Assembly (NCBI GenBank): GCA_016235665.1
Contig: JACRJI010000003.1
Coordinates: forward strand, 160,061-224,060
Direction of reading: 5' to 3'
DNA length: 64,000 nt
Source: a candidate division TA06 bacterium
Lineage (GTDB): Bacteria > Edwardsbacteria > AC1 > EtOH8
The notes under the pieces: model-generated
The model's database searches: none
Told to the model about the DNA's origin: nothing
The model's input: the letters and a program-made list of their open reading frames with translations, nothing else
Translations under genes and position numbers: made by a program
Shown: positions 37,091 through 47,229 of the stretch, piece by piece
Position numbering within the stretch: the first letter of the stretch is position 1
Layout: each line of letters begins with the position of its first letter

Positions 37091-37894
37091 ATGCACTCTC
37101 CTTCATTTTTAATGGCCTTCGTCCTGACCGCTTTGGCCGGCCTTTCCACCATGGTGGGCAGTTTTCTGGTGCTGTTCACCAAAAAAACCAGCACCAGGGT
37201 GCTGTCGGTCTCCCTGGGTTTTTCGGCCGGGGTGATGGTCTATGTCTCGTTCATGGAATTACTGCCCGAGGCCCGCTTAAGGCTGGTCTCCCATTTCGGC
37301 AACCTGGCCGGAAGCTGGTATGCGGTGGCCGCCTTCTTCGGCGGGGTGCTGCTGATCGGGATCATAGACAAGCTGGTGCCGGCCATAGAAAACCCCCACG
37401 AGACCCACGCCGCCAAGGAACTGAAAGACAAGAAGAACATAGACCTGCTGCGGATGGGAACCTTCACCGCTTTGGCCATCGCCATCCACAACTTCCCCGA
37501 GGGCATGGCCACGTTCACCGCCACGCTCAAGGACCCCACCCTGGGGCTGTTCATCGCCCTGGCCATCGCCATACACAACGTACCCGAGGGGATCGCCGTG
37601 GCGGTCCCCATCTATCACGCCACCGGCAGCAAGCGCAAGGCTCTTTGGTATTCATTCCTGTCGGCGGTGGCCGAGCCGCTGGGGGCGGTGGCGGCCTACC
37701 TGCTGTTCCATGAATTCCTGACCGATGCTGTCTTCGGGGTCCTTTTGGCGGCGGTGGCCGGGATCATGGTGTTCATCTCCTTCGACGAGCTTTTCCCCAC
37801 CGCCCGGGAGTGCGGACAGCATCACCTGGCCATCTACGGGCTGCTGGCCGGCATGGCGGTGATGGCGGTGAGCATGCTGATGTTTGTGAGGTAG
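37091..37894 (+). CDS. zupT: ZIP family zinc transporter
   Basis: HNFPEG and HNVPEG motifs, ENPHE loop. Confidence 0.92.
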   Translation: MHSPSFLMAFVLTALAGLSTMVGSFLVLFTKKTSTRVLSVSLGFSAGVMVYVSFMELLPEARLRLVSHFGNLAGSWYAVAAFFGGVLLIGIIDKLVPAIENPHETHAAKELKDKKNIDLLRMGTFTALAIAIHNFPEGMATFTATLKDPTLGLFIALAIAIHNVPEGIAVAVPIYHATGSKRKALWYSFLSAVAEPLGAVAAYLLFHEFLTDAVFGVLLAAVAGIMVFISFDELFPTARECGQHHLAIYGLLAGMAVMAVSMLMFVR

Positions 37895-37897
37895 AAG

Positions 37898-37993
37898 AAG
37901 GTGGCTTCGATACAACCGCCAGAGGCGGTCACTCAGCCACCTTTCAGTTTGCGGCCAGGGGCTGAGTAGTCCGTAAGGGCGTATCGAATCCCC
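37898..37993. repeat. Inverted pair of family G variants (TTCGATAC...ACTCAG)
   Basis: aaggtggct-tcgatac...actc-agccacctt and ggggctgagta...gtatcgaatcccc. Confidence 0.7.
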
Positions 37994-38041
37994 ATGTTCA
38001 GGTAGTTTCAAAACCAGCGCACACTTTCAATTTTTCAAACG

Positions 38042-39922
38042 ATGCCCTTTCTCTCTTTCGCCAATCCCGCCGGCCTCTGGTTTCTGCCCCTGGCCGGGCT
38101 GCCGCTGTTGATCCACCTGTTCCGGAGGCGGCGGGCCGGAGTGATCCCTTTCCCCGACATCCGGCTGCTTCAGCAGGTCCAGAACGCCGCGGTCCGGCCC
38201 AGCCGGATCAGGGAATACCTGCTGCTGGCGGTGCGCACCCTGATCATCGTTCTTCTGGCATTATCCCTGGCCCGGCCCGCAGTTAACCTGGATCTGCCGG
38301 GCTGGCTCTCCGGGTCTTTGCAAACCTGCGCTCTGGTCATAGACAACTCGGCCAGCATGGGGGCCGTCAGCCGGGATACCACTATGCTGGAAAGGGCAAA
38401 ACAGAGAGCCCGGCAGGTACTTAAAGGGCTGGGGCCCAACGCCAGAGCGGCGGTGGTTTCGGCCGTGCCGGGCAGCCCGGTGGTCTGCGGGCTGTCTGCT
38501 GCCCTGACGGCCGAACGCGCGGTGGCCGCGCTGCCCCAGACCGAGCTCGGCACCGACCTGGAGGGTTCGATCCAGACGGCAGCCAGGATACTTGAGGCCG
38601 CAGGGGTTTCCGGAGTAAGGATCATAGTTTTTTCAGACCTGCAGCGAACGGCCTTTGGCCCCAGCCTTTCGCCCCTTGGCAAACTGCCAGGCGCCCCACC
38701 GGTCACGGTATATCAGATAAAACCCTCCCGGAGCCTGAACAACCTGATCTGGGAAAAGATCCAGGTAAAACCTTTGATCAAAAAGATCATCGTCAGGGCC
38801 AGGACCCTGGGCGGGCAGACGCCCCAGATCGGACTGGCGGCCGGCGGCAAGACAATATATCAGGCAAGCTCCCGGCCAGCCCCGGACGGAACGATCTCCT
38901 TAAGCTTTGGCCTGCCGGACCGGGACTCTCTTTTCCTGTATACCTCCGGGGATGACCTGCCGCTGGACGACAAGTATTACCTGGCGGCTGCGGTCACGGG
39001 CATTAAAAAGGTCCTGCTGTTTTCGGATGATACGGATAACGGAGGCGAGCATCTCTACCGGGCCTTTGCGGCCATGGCCCGGGCCGGTTACGAAATAAAA
39101 CGGGCCAACATCTGGAATAGCCAGTATTCTAAGGGCTTTGATTTGGTGGTGGTGGCCAAAGCCACAATTAACAAGGCTTTGCTGGCCGGAATCATGAATT
39201 CAGTGCATAACGGCGCGGGTTTGCTGGTTGCCCCGCCGCTCAATTCCGACCGGGAACAATATCAGGAGCTGCTAAAACAGTTTTCCGACATCACTCTTTC
39301 GGGCCTGGCGGACTCGTTGTCCCATAACCTCTATCGCCTGAACAAAACCGGCAGTGATGAAGGCATCTTAAGCGATCTCAGTCCGGCCGAGCTGGAGGCG
39401 GTTAAAATAAAAACATACTGGAAGGCCTTCACCCGGCAAAACACAGTTTTGGCCATCAACCGGTCCGACCCGGCGCTGATCTTTGGCACCGGTCAGAAAT
39501 TTAAGACGGCGGTTCTCCTGACCGGCGGGCAAACTGGCTTTGGCGATATGGTTTTTAAACCGGCCTTTCTGGTAATGCTGTTGCAAACCGCAGACCATTT
39601 GACCCAAAAAACCGGCCGGCAGTCGGTGACCGGATCAGAAGGAACCAGCTCCGGCGGAAACCCGGGAGCAAGGCAAGGATCCGGCTGGGCCCAAACAGAA
39701 GAGGGGGTACCGGAAGCGTTGAACATAGCGGCTGAGGAGTCCGATCTGACGCCGGTTTCAAACCAGGAACTAAAGGCTATCATGCAAAACATTACGTGGC
39801 AGTCATCCGGATCAGGCCCTGGGGCTTTTCCGGCTCAAAGTCCGGCAGCCAGGCTGTTCCTTTTTTTAGCCGGGTTGATGCTGATTTTGGAGATGGCTTT
39901 ACGGACAGCCCCAAAAATATAA
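38042..39922 (+). CDS. BatA-domain / vWA protein
   Basis: F.NP...PLLIHL, LARP, DNSASM, FSDLQ, EESDL, C-terminal TM. Confidence 0.85.
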   Translation: MPFLSFANPAGLWFLPLAGLPLLIHLFRRRRAGVIPFPDIRLLQQVQNAAVRPSRIREYLLLAVRTLIIVLLALSLARPAVNLDLPGWLSGSLQTCALVIDNSASMGAVSRDTTMLERAKQRARQVLKGLGPNARAAVVSAVPGSPVVCGLSAALTAERAVAALPQTELGTDLEGSIQTAARILEAAGVSGVRIIVFSDLQRTAFGPSLSPLGKLPGAPPVTVYQIKPSRSLNNLIWEKIQVKPLIKKIIVRARTLGGQTPQIGLAAGGKTIYQASSRPAPDGTISLSFGLPDRDSLFLYTSGDDLPLDDKYYLAAAVTGIKKVLLFSDDTDNGGEHLYRAFAAMARAGYEIKRANIWNSQYSKGFDLVVVAKATINKALLAGIMNSVHNGAGLLVAPPLNSDREQYQELLKQFSDITLSGLADSLSHNLYRLNKTGSDEGILSDLSPAELEAVKIKTYWKAFTRQNTVLAINRSDPALIFGTGQKFKTAVLLTGGQTGFGDMVFKPAFLVMLLQTADHLTQKTGRQSVTGSEGTSSGGNPGARQGSGWAQTEEGVPEALNIAAEESDLTPVSNQELKAIMQNITWQSSGSGPGAFPAQSPAARLFLFLAGLMLILEMALRTAPKI

Positions 39923-40162
39923 AAATAATTAAAAAATTTATTTGACAAAACGATTAAAATATGTTAATAATTATGTTCTTGACGTCTAAAAGCTTACCCA
40001 GTTAGCGAAACCTTCTGGTTCAATAAAAAAACAACGTAGAACCATAGGCGTAAAATAGCCGATATCAAAGCAAACCCGCCTAAGACAGTTTCGTCCTTCC
40101 CTGGAAAAATGTCCTGTAGTTTCAGAATATTTCAAGCAATCATAAATTAAGGGGATAACGTT

Positions 40163-41182
40163 ATGGCTGGCAATAAAAGCCCTAATTTGGGCATTATGAT
40201 CATGGTGCTGGCTCTTTCCGCTTTGCTGACGGTGGGAGCGGTGCTGGGAGTGGCTTTGGCTACTTGGCCCGGAAGTGCTGCCCCTGCCAAGCCCGGTGCG
40301 GCCGACACCAAGCTGGAGATGTTTGCCTCTACTGCCAGCCGTCTGACGGGCTTCATATTTTTTACCTATCCAGACGAGGTCAAAGATTACATGAGTCCGG
40401 TGCTGGCCGACCTGAAATCAAAGCTTCCGGCCATCAAGTCCATCACAGTCACCGATCCCGCCGGCCTGATAGTGGGCTCTGACATTGAAGATCAGATAGA
40501 TAAAACTTACCAGCTGCCCAAGGGGGCCAAGCCCCCGGCCGGCGACAAACTGGACATACAGGAGATAACCCCGGGCCAGCTTTTGGTGGCCGTGCCCTCG
40601 GTCTATAATAACAAGATCAAGGGCGGGCTCCGGATGCTGGTGGAATTGCCACAGGCCAAAAGCTCCGGCGGCGGCAAAAGCATGGTGATCATAATAGGGC
40701 TGGTGGCCATGCTGATCGGATTGATCGTTCCCATTGCGGCAGTACCGGCCATGACCAAACAATTGTCTGCTGCTTCGGCAGCCCCGGTTGGTGCGGGAAA
40801 AGCCCAGGCCATGAAGGCCGAAGAATCATCCATCAACACCAGGCTGGAATCCCTGCGCCGGGAGCTGGGCAAGGCCGAAGAGTTGAAGTCAGCGCAGGAC
40901 GGGCTGGCGGCCGAAGTGGAATCATTGCGCAAACAACAGATAGAGGAGAATTACAAACTGGAAGGGCTGAAGAGGGAAGTGACCGAGCTGGGGGTGCAGA
41001 TGGAACAGAGGCGGAAAATGCTGGAGGCCACTCCTGAAGAGCGGCATACCCAGCTGACCCAGGAGGACCGCGACCTGATGCAGAAGATTATCAATCACAA
41101 AAAAGAAGAACTGGCCCTGGCTCAGAAGATCCAGGACATCCGGCGCAAGGTGATAGAGTTGGAAAAACGCACCAAGGCCTAA
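40163..41182 (+). CDS. Hypothetical protein: TM, Cache-like periplasmic domain, TM, long coiled coil
   Basis: Two hydrophobic helices; V.D..G.IV.S motif; E/K/L-rich heptad C-terminus. Confidence 0.75.
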   Translation: MAGNKSPNLGIMIMVLALSALLTVGAVLGVALATWPGSAAPAKPGAADTKLEMFASTASRLTGFIFFTYPDEVKDYMSPVLADLKSKLPAIKSITVTDPAGLIVGSDIEDQIDKTYQLPKGAKPPAGDKLDIQEITPGQLLVAVPSVYNNKIKGGLRMLVELPQAKSSGGGKSMVIIIGLVAMLIGLIVPIAAVPAMTKQLSAASAAPVGAGKAQAMKAEESSINTRLESLRRELGKAEELKSAQDGLAAEVESLRKQQIEENYKLEGLKREVTELGVQMEQRRKMLEATPEERHTQLTQEDRDLMQKIINHKKEELALAQKIQDIRRKVIELEKRTKA

Positions 41183-41214
41183 ATAACCACCAAAGCCGGG
41201 ACTACGGAAATATT

Positions 41215-41250
41215 AAAAGACGGGGCAGAGTTAAAATCTCCCCGTCTTTT
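41215..41250 (+). terminator. Intrinsic terminator
   Basis: aaaagacgggg...ccccgtctttt. Confidence 0.75.
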
Positions 41251-41342
41251 GCTAAAGATTATTTAAGTGGGAATTGGTTTTCCATGGGGACAGAACGATC
41301 CGCACCGGACATTATCCGGCAATAAATCACCATGATGCTTTA

Positions 41343-42635
41343 ATGAAAAAATTAGGCGCCCAAAGTTTGCAGACTTTTTTATACCAGGCCCTGAACATGG
41401 TGCTGGGCCTGGGGTGCGGGGTGATAGTGGCCCGGTACCTGGGCCCTACCGCCAAAGGGGCCATAGCCCTGTACGGGCTGATAGCCGGCTTTTTGGCGCT
41501 GGCTGGCAATCTGGGCCTGGGCCTGGCCAATGTCCATCTGGTCGGCAGCGGCCAGATACTGCCGGGGCGGGCCTGGGCCAATTCCCTTTATATGTCGGTG
41601 CTGACCGGATCCATGTTGGCCGTACTGACCATATTTCTTTTCCCGGTCCTGGGGATCATCGTGAAAAGGCCGGTGGATATGGGCCTTTTGGGCATCGTGT
41701 TGTGCGGGCTTCCATTGCTGCTGCTGTTGGACTACCAGATAAACCTGCTGCGAGGCCTGGGAGATCTGGCGGGATTCAATCAAGCTGGCCTGATGCGACA
41801 GCTTGGCCGGCTACTGGCACTGGGCCTGCTGGTGGCGGCCTTAGGCGGTTTTGTGGCCTCGGCCCTTTGGGCGGCCAATATTTCGATCTTACTGGCGGCG
41901 CTTTGGAGCGGTTTTAGACTTATAAAAAAAACAGCTTTGTCGCTGGTCCCGTCATGGAGCGGTTTAAAAAAATCATTAAGTTATGGGCTGAAGGGCCAGC
42001 CGGGCCAGATAATCCAGTTCTTCAACTACCGGCTGGACCTGATCCTGCTGGCGCTGTTCTGGACCAACCGCGAAGTGGGCATTTATGCCACCGCGGTTTT
42101 TTTAGCCGAGTTGATCTGGTACATTCCGGCGGCGGTCTCCACCGTTTTGTTACCAGCGGTTTCTTCGGCAGATTCGGAGTCCAGGGCCAAAGAGATCAGC
42201 CTTAAGGCCATCCGTCATACCGTATTTTTAAGCCTGACCGCCGCGATCGTCTTGGCGCTTTCGGCCCAGGGGTTGATCAGAGTTCTTTATGGGCCAGCCT
42301 TTGATCCGGCCGTCAGGGCGCTGCAGGTGCTTCTTTTCGGGGTGGTGATGCTGGCTCCAGCCAAGCTGATAGTCAGCCATCTGGCCGGGGTGGGAAAATC
42401 GCAATACGTCAGTTACTTGGCCTTAAGCGGCCTGGGCCTGACCCTGCTGCTGGATGTTATCCTGATCCCCAGGTTCGGGATGATAGGCGCGGCCTGGGCC
42501 TCGGCCGCCGCCTACAGCTGCTCCGGCTTGTTGTCGCTGTTCTGGCTCAAGCGCCATTTAAGGGTGGAGATAGTTCCCAGCCTGATATTGAATAAAGAAG
42601 ACTGGCAGGAATACCGGGAGCTGATCAATCTATGA
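41343..42635 (+). CDS. Wzx-like oligosaccharide flippase
   Basis: ARYLGP..KG, RLD, VGIY, LIP.FG.IGAA; about 12 TM. Confidence 0.88.
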   Translation: MKKLGAQSLQTFLYQALNMVLGLGCGVIVARYLGPTAKGAIALYGLIAGFLALAGNLGLGLANVHLVGSGQILPGRAWANSLYMSVLTGSMLAVLTIFLFPVLGIIVKRPVDMGLLGIVLCGLPLLLLLDYQINLLRGLGDLAGFNQAGLMRQLGRLLALGLLVAALGGFVASALWAANISILLAALWSGFRLIKKTALSLVPSWSGLKKSLSYGLKGQPGQIIQFFNYRLDLILLALFWTNREVGIYATAVFLAELIWYIPAAVSTVLLPAVSSADSESRAKEISLKAIRHTVFLSLTAAIVLALSAQGLIRVLYGPAFDPAVRALQVLLFGVVMLAPAKLIVSHLAGVGKSQYVSYLALSGLGLTLLLDVILIPRFGMIGAAWASAAAYSCSGLLSLFWLKRHLRVEIVPSLILNKEDWQEYRELINL

Positions 42636-43900
42636 AAAAGGTGCTGCTGCTGACCTCGCTGGAAGTGCCTTTCCGCGGAAATCTGATTGAGGGGCAGTTC
42701 CTGTCTCCGATACTGGGCTCCGGAAATAGCGGGCCCGGACCGGAATTCAGGTATCTGTCTTTGGCTCCGTTCATGTTCTACACCGGGCGCCGCCGGCCTT
42801 TTAAAACATATCTGGCTGGACTGGCCAAGCGGAAGGCGGTAAGATCATTCACCTCCGGCCTGGGCTGCCGGACCGACATCTGGCCGATAGGATTCCCGTT
42901 GTTTCCCCGTGATTTCAATCTGACCCGGGCAAAATATTACCTTTATATGGCATCGGCGCTGGGGCCGTTCTTGGTTTATCTTTTGTTATTTCGTCCTGGT
43001 CTGGTGGTCGCCCGCAGTTATCCGGCGGCGTCGCTGGCCCGGCTGGCCAAGAGATACTTCGGCATCCCATACATCTTTGACCTGAGGGGGATGTACCCCG
43101 AAGAATCGGTCAATGCCGGGATATTTGCCGCCGGCTCGCAGGACCACCGGTTCTGGAAAGGACAGGAAATATCCCTGATATCTCAGGCGGCTTTGAACGT
43201 AGTGGTATCGGAGCCGTTCGCTGAATATCTGAAGACCATTGATCCAGATGCGCCTTCCCTGGTCATCCCCTGCTGCGTGGATCAGCATAAAATAAAATTC
43301 GATCCAGCCCGCCGGGAAGCAGTAAAAAATCAATACGGCCTTAAGGACCGGTTCGTGCTGCTGCACCTGGGATCATTCGGCGCTCCCGGGGACCGGGGGT
43401 TGGTGGCCGCCTACCTGCAGCGCTTTAAAAAAGCAAGGCCGGAAGCTTTTCTGGCGGTGGCTTCGGGCACTCCGGCTTTCGCCCCCTCTATACACCAGGC
43501 ATTCGGGGCCGCCGGACTGAAAGAGGGAGATTACCTGCTGGTCAATCCTTCTTCGACGGAGCAGCTTTCCCAGATGCTGGCTTTGGGAGACGCCGGGCTG
43601 ATCCTGGAACGTAAAGCGTCCAACACCAGGGTCTGCCTGTCGGTCAAGCTGGGGGAATACCTGGCCGCCGGACTGCCGGTGATCTGCACCCCGTTTGTGG
43701 AAGGCGCGGTCCGGCTGGTCAGAGAATATGATTGCGGGCTGGTGGTGGACCCCGAGGCCGGGGAACCGCTGGAAAAGGAAAAGAAATTCATAGAGGATCA
43801 TCCCCGTCTGCGGAAGAACGGTTTTAAACTGGTGGACGAAGTGCTTTCCCTCAACCGCTGCCATGATCTGTGGCGGCAGGCCATCAAACAGACAACATAA
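42632..43900 (+). CDS. Glycosyltransferase (GT4-like)
   Basis: FDLRG.YPEE, IPCCVD, KLGEYLAAGLPV. Confidence 0.85.
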   Translation: MKKVLLLTSLEVPFRGNLIEGQFLSPILGSGNSGPGPEFRYLSLAPFMFYTGRRRPFKTYLAGLAKRKAVRSFTSGLGCRTDIWPIGFPLFPRDFNLTRAKYYLYMASALGPFLVYLLLFRPGLVVARSYPAASLARLAKRYFGIPYIFDLRGMYPEESVNAGIFAAGSQDHRFWKGQEISLISQAALNVVVSEPFAEYLKTIDPDAPSLVIPCCVDQHKIKFDPARREAVKNQYGLKDRFVLLHLGSFGAPGDRGLVAAYLQRFKKARPEAFLAVASGTPAFAPSIHQAFGAAGLKEGDYLLVNPSSTEQLSQMLALGDAGLILERKASNTRVCLSVKLGEYLAAGLPVICTPFVEGAVRLVREYDCGLVVDPEAGEPLEKEKKFIEDHPRLRKNGFKLVDEVLSLNRCHDLWRQAIKQTT

Positions 43901-43912
43901 AAGGGTTGCCTC

Positions 43913-44542
43913 ATGTTCAAAAAAGTGCTGGTGCTGGCGCCCCACACCGACGACGGGGAGTTCGGCTGCGGGGGGTTCATGGCCAAACTGCTGAAGCAGA
44001 AGGCCCAGGTGCATTATGCCGCGTTCTCCTCGGCCGAAAAATCGCTGCCCAAAGGGGCCGATCCCGGCACCCTTAAAAAGGAGCTGCAGGCGGCCCTGGA
44101 CAGCCTGGGGCTTAAGAAACAGCACCGGTACATTTATGATTATCCGGTGCGTGATTTTCCCCAGCACCGCCAGGCCATTCTGGACGACCTGATAAAGTTG
44201 AAAAGAAAGATCGATCCCGGTCTGGTGCTGATGCCCTGTTTCAACGATACCCATCAGGACCATCTGACCATTGCCCAGGAGGGTTTCCGGGCCTTCAAGG
44301 ACCGCACCATCCTGGGTTACGAGATCCCATGGAACAACAAGACCTTCGAGACCCAGTCCTTCGTTCTGCTGGAGCCGAAGCATATCGAAGCCAAGATCCG
44401 GGCCCTCAAGTGCTATAAGTCACAGCTGGGGCGGTTTTACGCCAATCCGGAATTCATCAGGGCGCTGGCCACAACCAGGGGGACCCAGATCGGGGCCAGA
44501 TACGCCGAGGCATTTGAGGTTATACGCTGGGTTCTCAAGTAA
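43913..44542 (+). CDS. PIG-L/LmbE family N-deacetylase
   Basis: APHTDD..GCGG, HQDH, Y.SQ, AEAF. Confidence 0.9.
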   Translation: MFKKVLVLAPHTDDGEFGCGGFMAKLLKQKAQVHYAAFSSAEKSLPKGADPGTLKKELQAALDSLGLKKQHRYIYDYPVRDFPQHRQAILDDLIKLKRKIDPGLVLMPCFNDTHQDHLTIAQEGFRAFKDRTILGYEIPWNNKTFETQSFVLLEPKHIEAKIRALKCYKSQLGRFYANPEFIRALATTRGTQIGARYAEAFEVIRWVLK

Positions 44543-44580
44543 CTTCAATCGGGTTATCTGATGCCAACCACAATAAAAAC

Positions 44581-45267
44581 ATGATCGTCGCCGCTCATCA
44601 ACCGAATTACCTGCCGTGGGCGGGCTATTTTTATAAAATGGCCCGCTGCGATGTCTTTGTGTTCCTGGACAGCGTCCAATACTCACGCACCTCTTACACC
44701 GCCCGCTGCTCCGTCAAACAATGCGACGGTCGGGCCAGCTGGCTTTCGGTGCCGGTGCTCAAAAAGGGCCGGTATTTTCAAAACGTCAACCAAGTGGCCA
44801 TAGACAATCAACGGCCGTGGCAGGCCGAGCACCTGAAAACCCTGGAATCATGCTATTCCCGGACGCCTTATTTCAAAGAATGCTCCTGGCTGCTGGATAT
44901 GGTTTATCGGCAAAATTGGGAGAACCTTTCGCAGTTGAACCGGACGGTGATAGTAAGGCTGGCTGAGTATCTGGGTATAAAAACAAAATTCATAAATTTA
45001 TCCGAATTGAAAATCGAAGGAAAATCCACCGAGATGCTGGTCTCGGCCTGTCTGGCGCTTAAGGCCCGGGAATATATCTCAGGGTCCGGCGGCCAGAACT
45101 ACCTTGATAAGGAACAGTTCCAGCGGGCCGGCATAGGGCTTACCTATACAAAATACCAGCCCCAGCCCTATCCCCAGCTTTGGGGAGAATTCGTGCCCGG
45201 TCTGTCAGTAATGGATATGCTGTTCAACTGCGGTTCGGAAGAAATCAAGAATTTTATCCTCCTTTGA
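44581..45267 (+). CDS. WbqC family protein
   Basis: HQPNYLPW.GYF.K, YISG.GG..YL, Y.Q....F...LS..D.LFN.G. Confidence 0.9.
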   Translation: MIVAAHQPNYLPWAGYFYKMARCDVFVFLDSVQYSRTSYTARCSVKQCDGRASWLSVPVLKKGRYFQNVNQVAIDNQRPWQAEHLKTLESCYSRTPYFKECSWLLDMVYRQNWENLSQLNRTVIVRLAEYLGIKTKFINLSELKIEGKSTEMLVSACLALKAREYISGSGGQNYLDKEQFQRAGIGLTYTKYQPQPYPQLWGEFVPGLSVMDMLFNCGSEEIKNFILL

Positions 45268-45274
45268 GTCTGAT

Positions 45275-46258
45275 ATGAAAATCATCCTGGCCGGAGTGTT
45301 CAATGTTCCCTGGTCCACCAACCATTTCATGAAGAAGCACCTGGAACGGCTGGGGCATCAGGTATTGCCGTTAGAGCTGGACTGGTCGCACCCCCGCCCT
45401 TTGGACATGAACGAAAGGTTGTGGTTCAAACTATCCTCCTCAGTCAAAGCTCAAGCCCTCGGCAAAAAACTGCTGGGACTGGCCCGGTCCCAAGTACCTG
45501 ATGCCGTGATCGTAGTCAAAGGAAAGCGCCTGGACCCGGGGATCACAGAACAACTGGCCCGGCAGATGCTGGTGGCCTACCGGTACATGGATGCTCCGCT
45601 CCACCAATATGTGGCAGGCCATTCCAAAGCCAGCCATCTTGTCTTTGTCACCGGCAAACATCTGGTAGAACCATTATCACTGATCACCGGACAGAACAAT
45701 GTTCACCACCTGCTTGAAGGCTGTGACCCCGAGGTCCATAAACCCGCAGGTTATGATGGCAACTATGCCTGCGATGTGGCTTTTGCGGGGGCTCCGGCTC
45801 CCGACAGGATAAATCTCCTCAGAGCCTGTCGCCAGGCGGGGTATAAGGTAAGGATCTGGGGCCAGCCGGGCTGGCCTCGGGATCTGGGTTACACCGGGAA
45901 TTTCGCCTACGGCGAAGTATTAGCCAAGGTCTGCGCCTCGGCCAAGATCGTCCTGGGAGTCAACAACCGCAACGATCATCCCGGCTACTTTTCCGACCGG
46001 GCTTTGCTGGTACTGGCCTGCCGGGGTTTTCACCTATCCCACTATGTTCCGGGGCTGGAAGACTATTTTGACAACCTCAAACACCTGGCGTGGTTCAAGG
46101 ATCAATCAGAAATGCTGAGAATCATAAAAGAATATATTCATAATGATTCCGGCCGGGCAGGTATTGCCGCCGCCGGGCAGGCATTGGTCTATCAAAAACA
46201 TACCTGGGAAAGATCCATGATATCCATGATGGAAATCATAGAACAGAAGAAACGCTGA
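45275..46258 (+). CDS. CgeB-like glycosyltransferase
   Basis: DVAF.G, SDR...LAC.GF, HTW. Confidence 0.8.
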   Translation: MKIILAGVFNVPWSTNHFMKKHLERLGHQVLPLELDWSHPRPLDMNERLWFKLSSSVKAQALGKKLLGLARSQVPDAVIVVKGKRLDPGITEQLARQMLVAYRYMDAPLHQYVAGHSKASHLVFVTGKHLVEPLSLITGQNNVHHLLEGCDPEVHKPAGYDGNYACDVAFAGAPAPDRINLLRACRQAGYKVRIWGQPGWPRDLGYTGNFAYGEVLAKVCASAKIVLGVNNRNDHPGYFSDRALLVLACRGFHLSHYVPGLEDYFDNLKHLAWFKDQSEMLRIIKEYIHNDSGRAGIAAAGQALVYQKHTWERSMISMMEIIEQKKR

Positions 46259-47229
46259 TGCGCCGGCAACTGCTGGAAATACTGCAATGCCCAAGCTGCC
46301 GTAAAAGCGACTGGCGGCTTGAGTCACTAAAGGAGGACGGCCGGGAGATCCGCCGGGGAAGCGTGGTTTGTCTGGTCTGCCGCAATATCTATCCCATAAA
46401 CAACGGAATTCTGGATTGTCTGGTTAGGTCCCATCCCTGGATAGAGAGCGCTCAAAGAAGCTATCGCCGCTCAAAGGTCTCTACCGCCGATAAATGGAGC
46501 CGGGAACAGCTGGCCCGCCGGGAGCATCTTGAAAATACTTACACCAGCGACAGCCGGATCAACTTTGCCCAGTTGATCGATCGACTGCCGGCCGGAGGTG
46601 GCTGGGCCCTGGACCTGGGCGCCGGGACCGGTTGGACCACTTCTCGGATAGCGGCCCTGGGCTATAAGGGCATTGCCCTGGACATCAGCACAGACAACAA
46701 GCTGGAGCTGGGAGAATGTTTTTTCAGCCCCAATATTTATTTCGACCGGATACTGGCCGACATGAACCGGCTTCCATTCAAAACCCAGTCGCTGTCCCTG
46801 ACGGCCGCCTCGGCCGCTTTGCACCACAGCTATGACCTGAGCGGAGCGGTCCGGGAAATAAGCCGGACGCTGATCCCCGGGGGCCGGCTGGAGCTGGCCA
46901 ATGAGCCGGTGAAGGGGCTGGCCGAGGCCTTTTTGCCCAAGCCCGCCATCGAGGACGAGGATGTCAAGGAAGCCAGCTATTCCCTGGCCGCCTGGCGGGG
47001 GGTCTTGGCCAGTTGCGGATTTGAAAGCAGGGTGTTTTTCCCCCAGAGTATTCAAATGCGGTTGGAGAAAAACAATTTTAATCCCCGGCACAAATTTCTC
47101 GTTGCCGCCCGGGCGGTTTCCGGCCTGGCCAGATCGGCTCCGGGACTGCTGTTCGGTGGATTAAGCCTTAAACTGGGCCATCTGCTGTTCGGACTGCCCT
47201 TGTCGCTTTCGGCCAGAAAGGTTAAATGA
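46258..47229 (+). CDS. Methyltransferase with Trm112-like zinc-finger N-terminus
   Basis: LLEILQCPSC...C..C...YPI..GI; LDLGAGTG; ALHH; PGG..NEP. Confidence 0.85.
   Translation: MRRQLLEILQCPSCRKSDWRLESLKEDGREIRRGSVVCLVCRNIYPINNGILDCLVRSHPWIESAQRSYRRSKVSTADKWSREQLARREHLENTYTSDSRINFAQLIDRLPAGGGWALDLGAGTGWTTSRIAALGYKGIALDISTDNKLELGECFFSPNIYFDRILADMNRLPFKTQSLSLTAASAALHHSYDLSGAVREISRTLIPGGRLELANEPVKGLAEAFLPKPAIEDEDVKEASYSLAAWRGVLASCGFESRVFFPQSIQMRLEKNNFNPRHKFLVAARAVSGLARSAPGLLFGGLSLKLGHLLFGLPLSLSARKVK

Noticed and set aside
40060-40095. c-di-GMP-I riboswitch (GCAAACC, CTAAGACAG fragments)
   Set aside because: Lacks the GAAA tetraloop stem and the GACGCAAAGC junction
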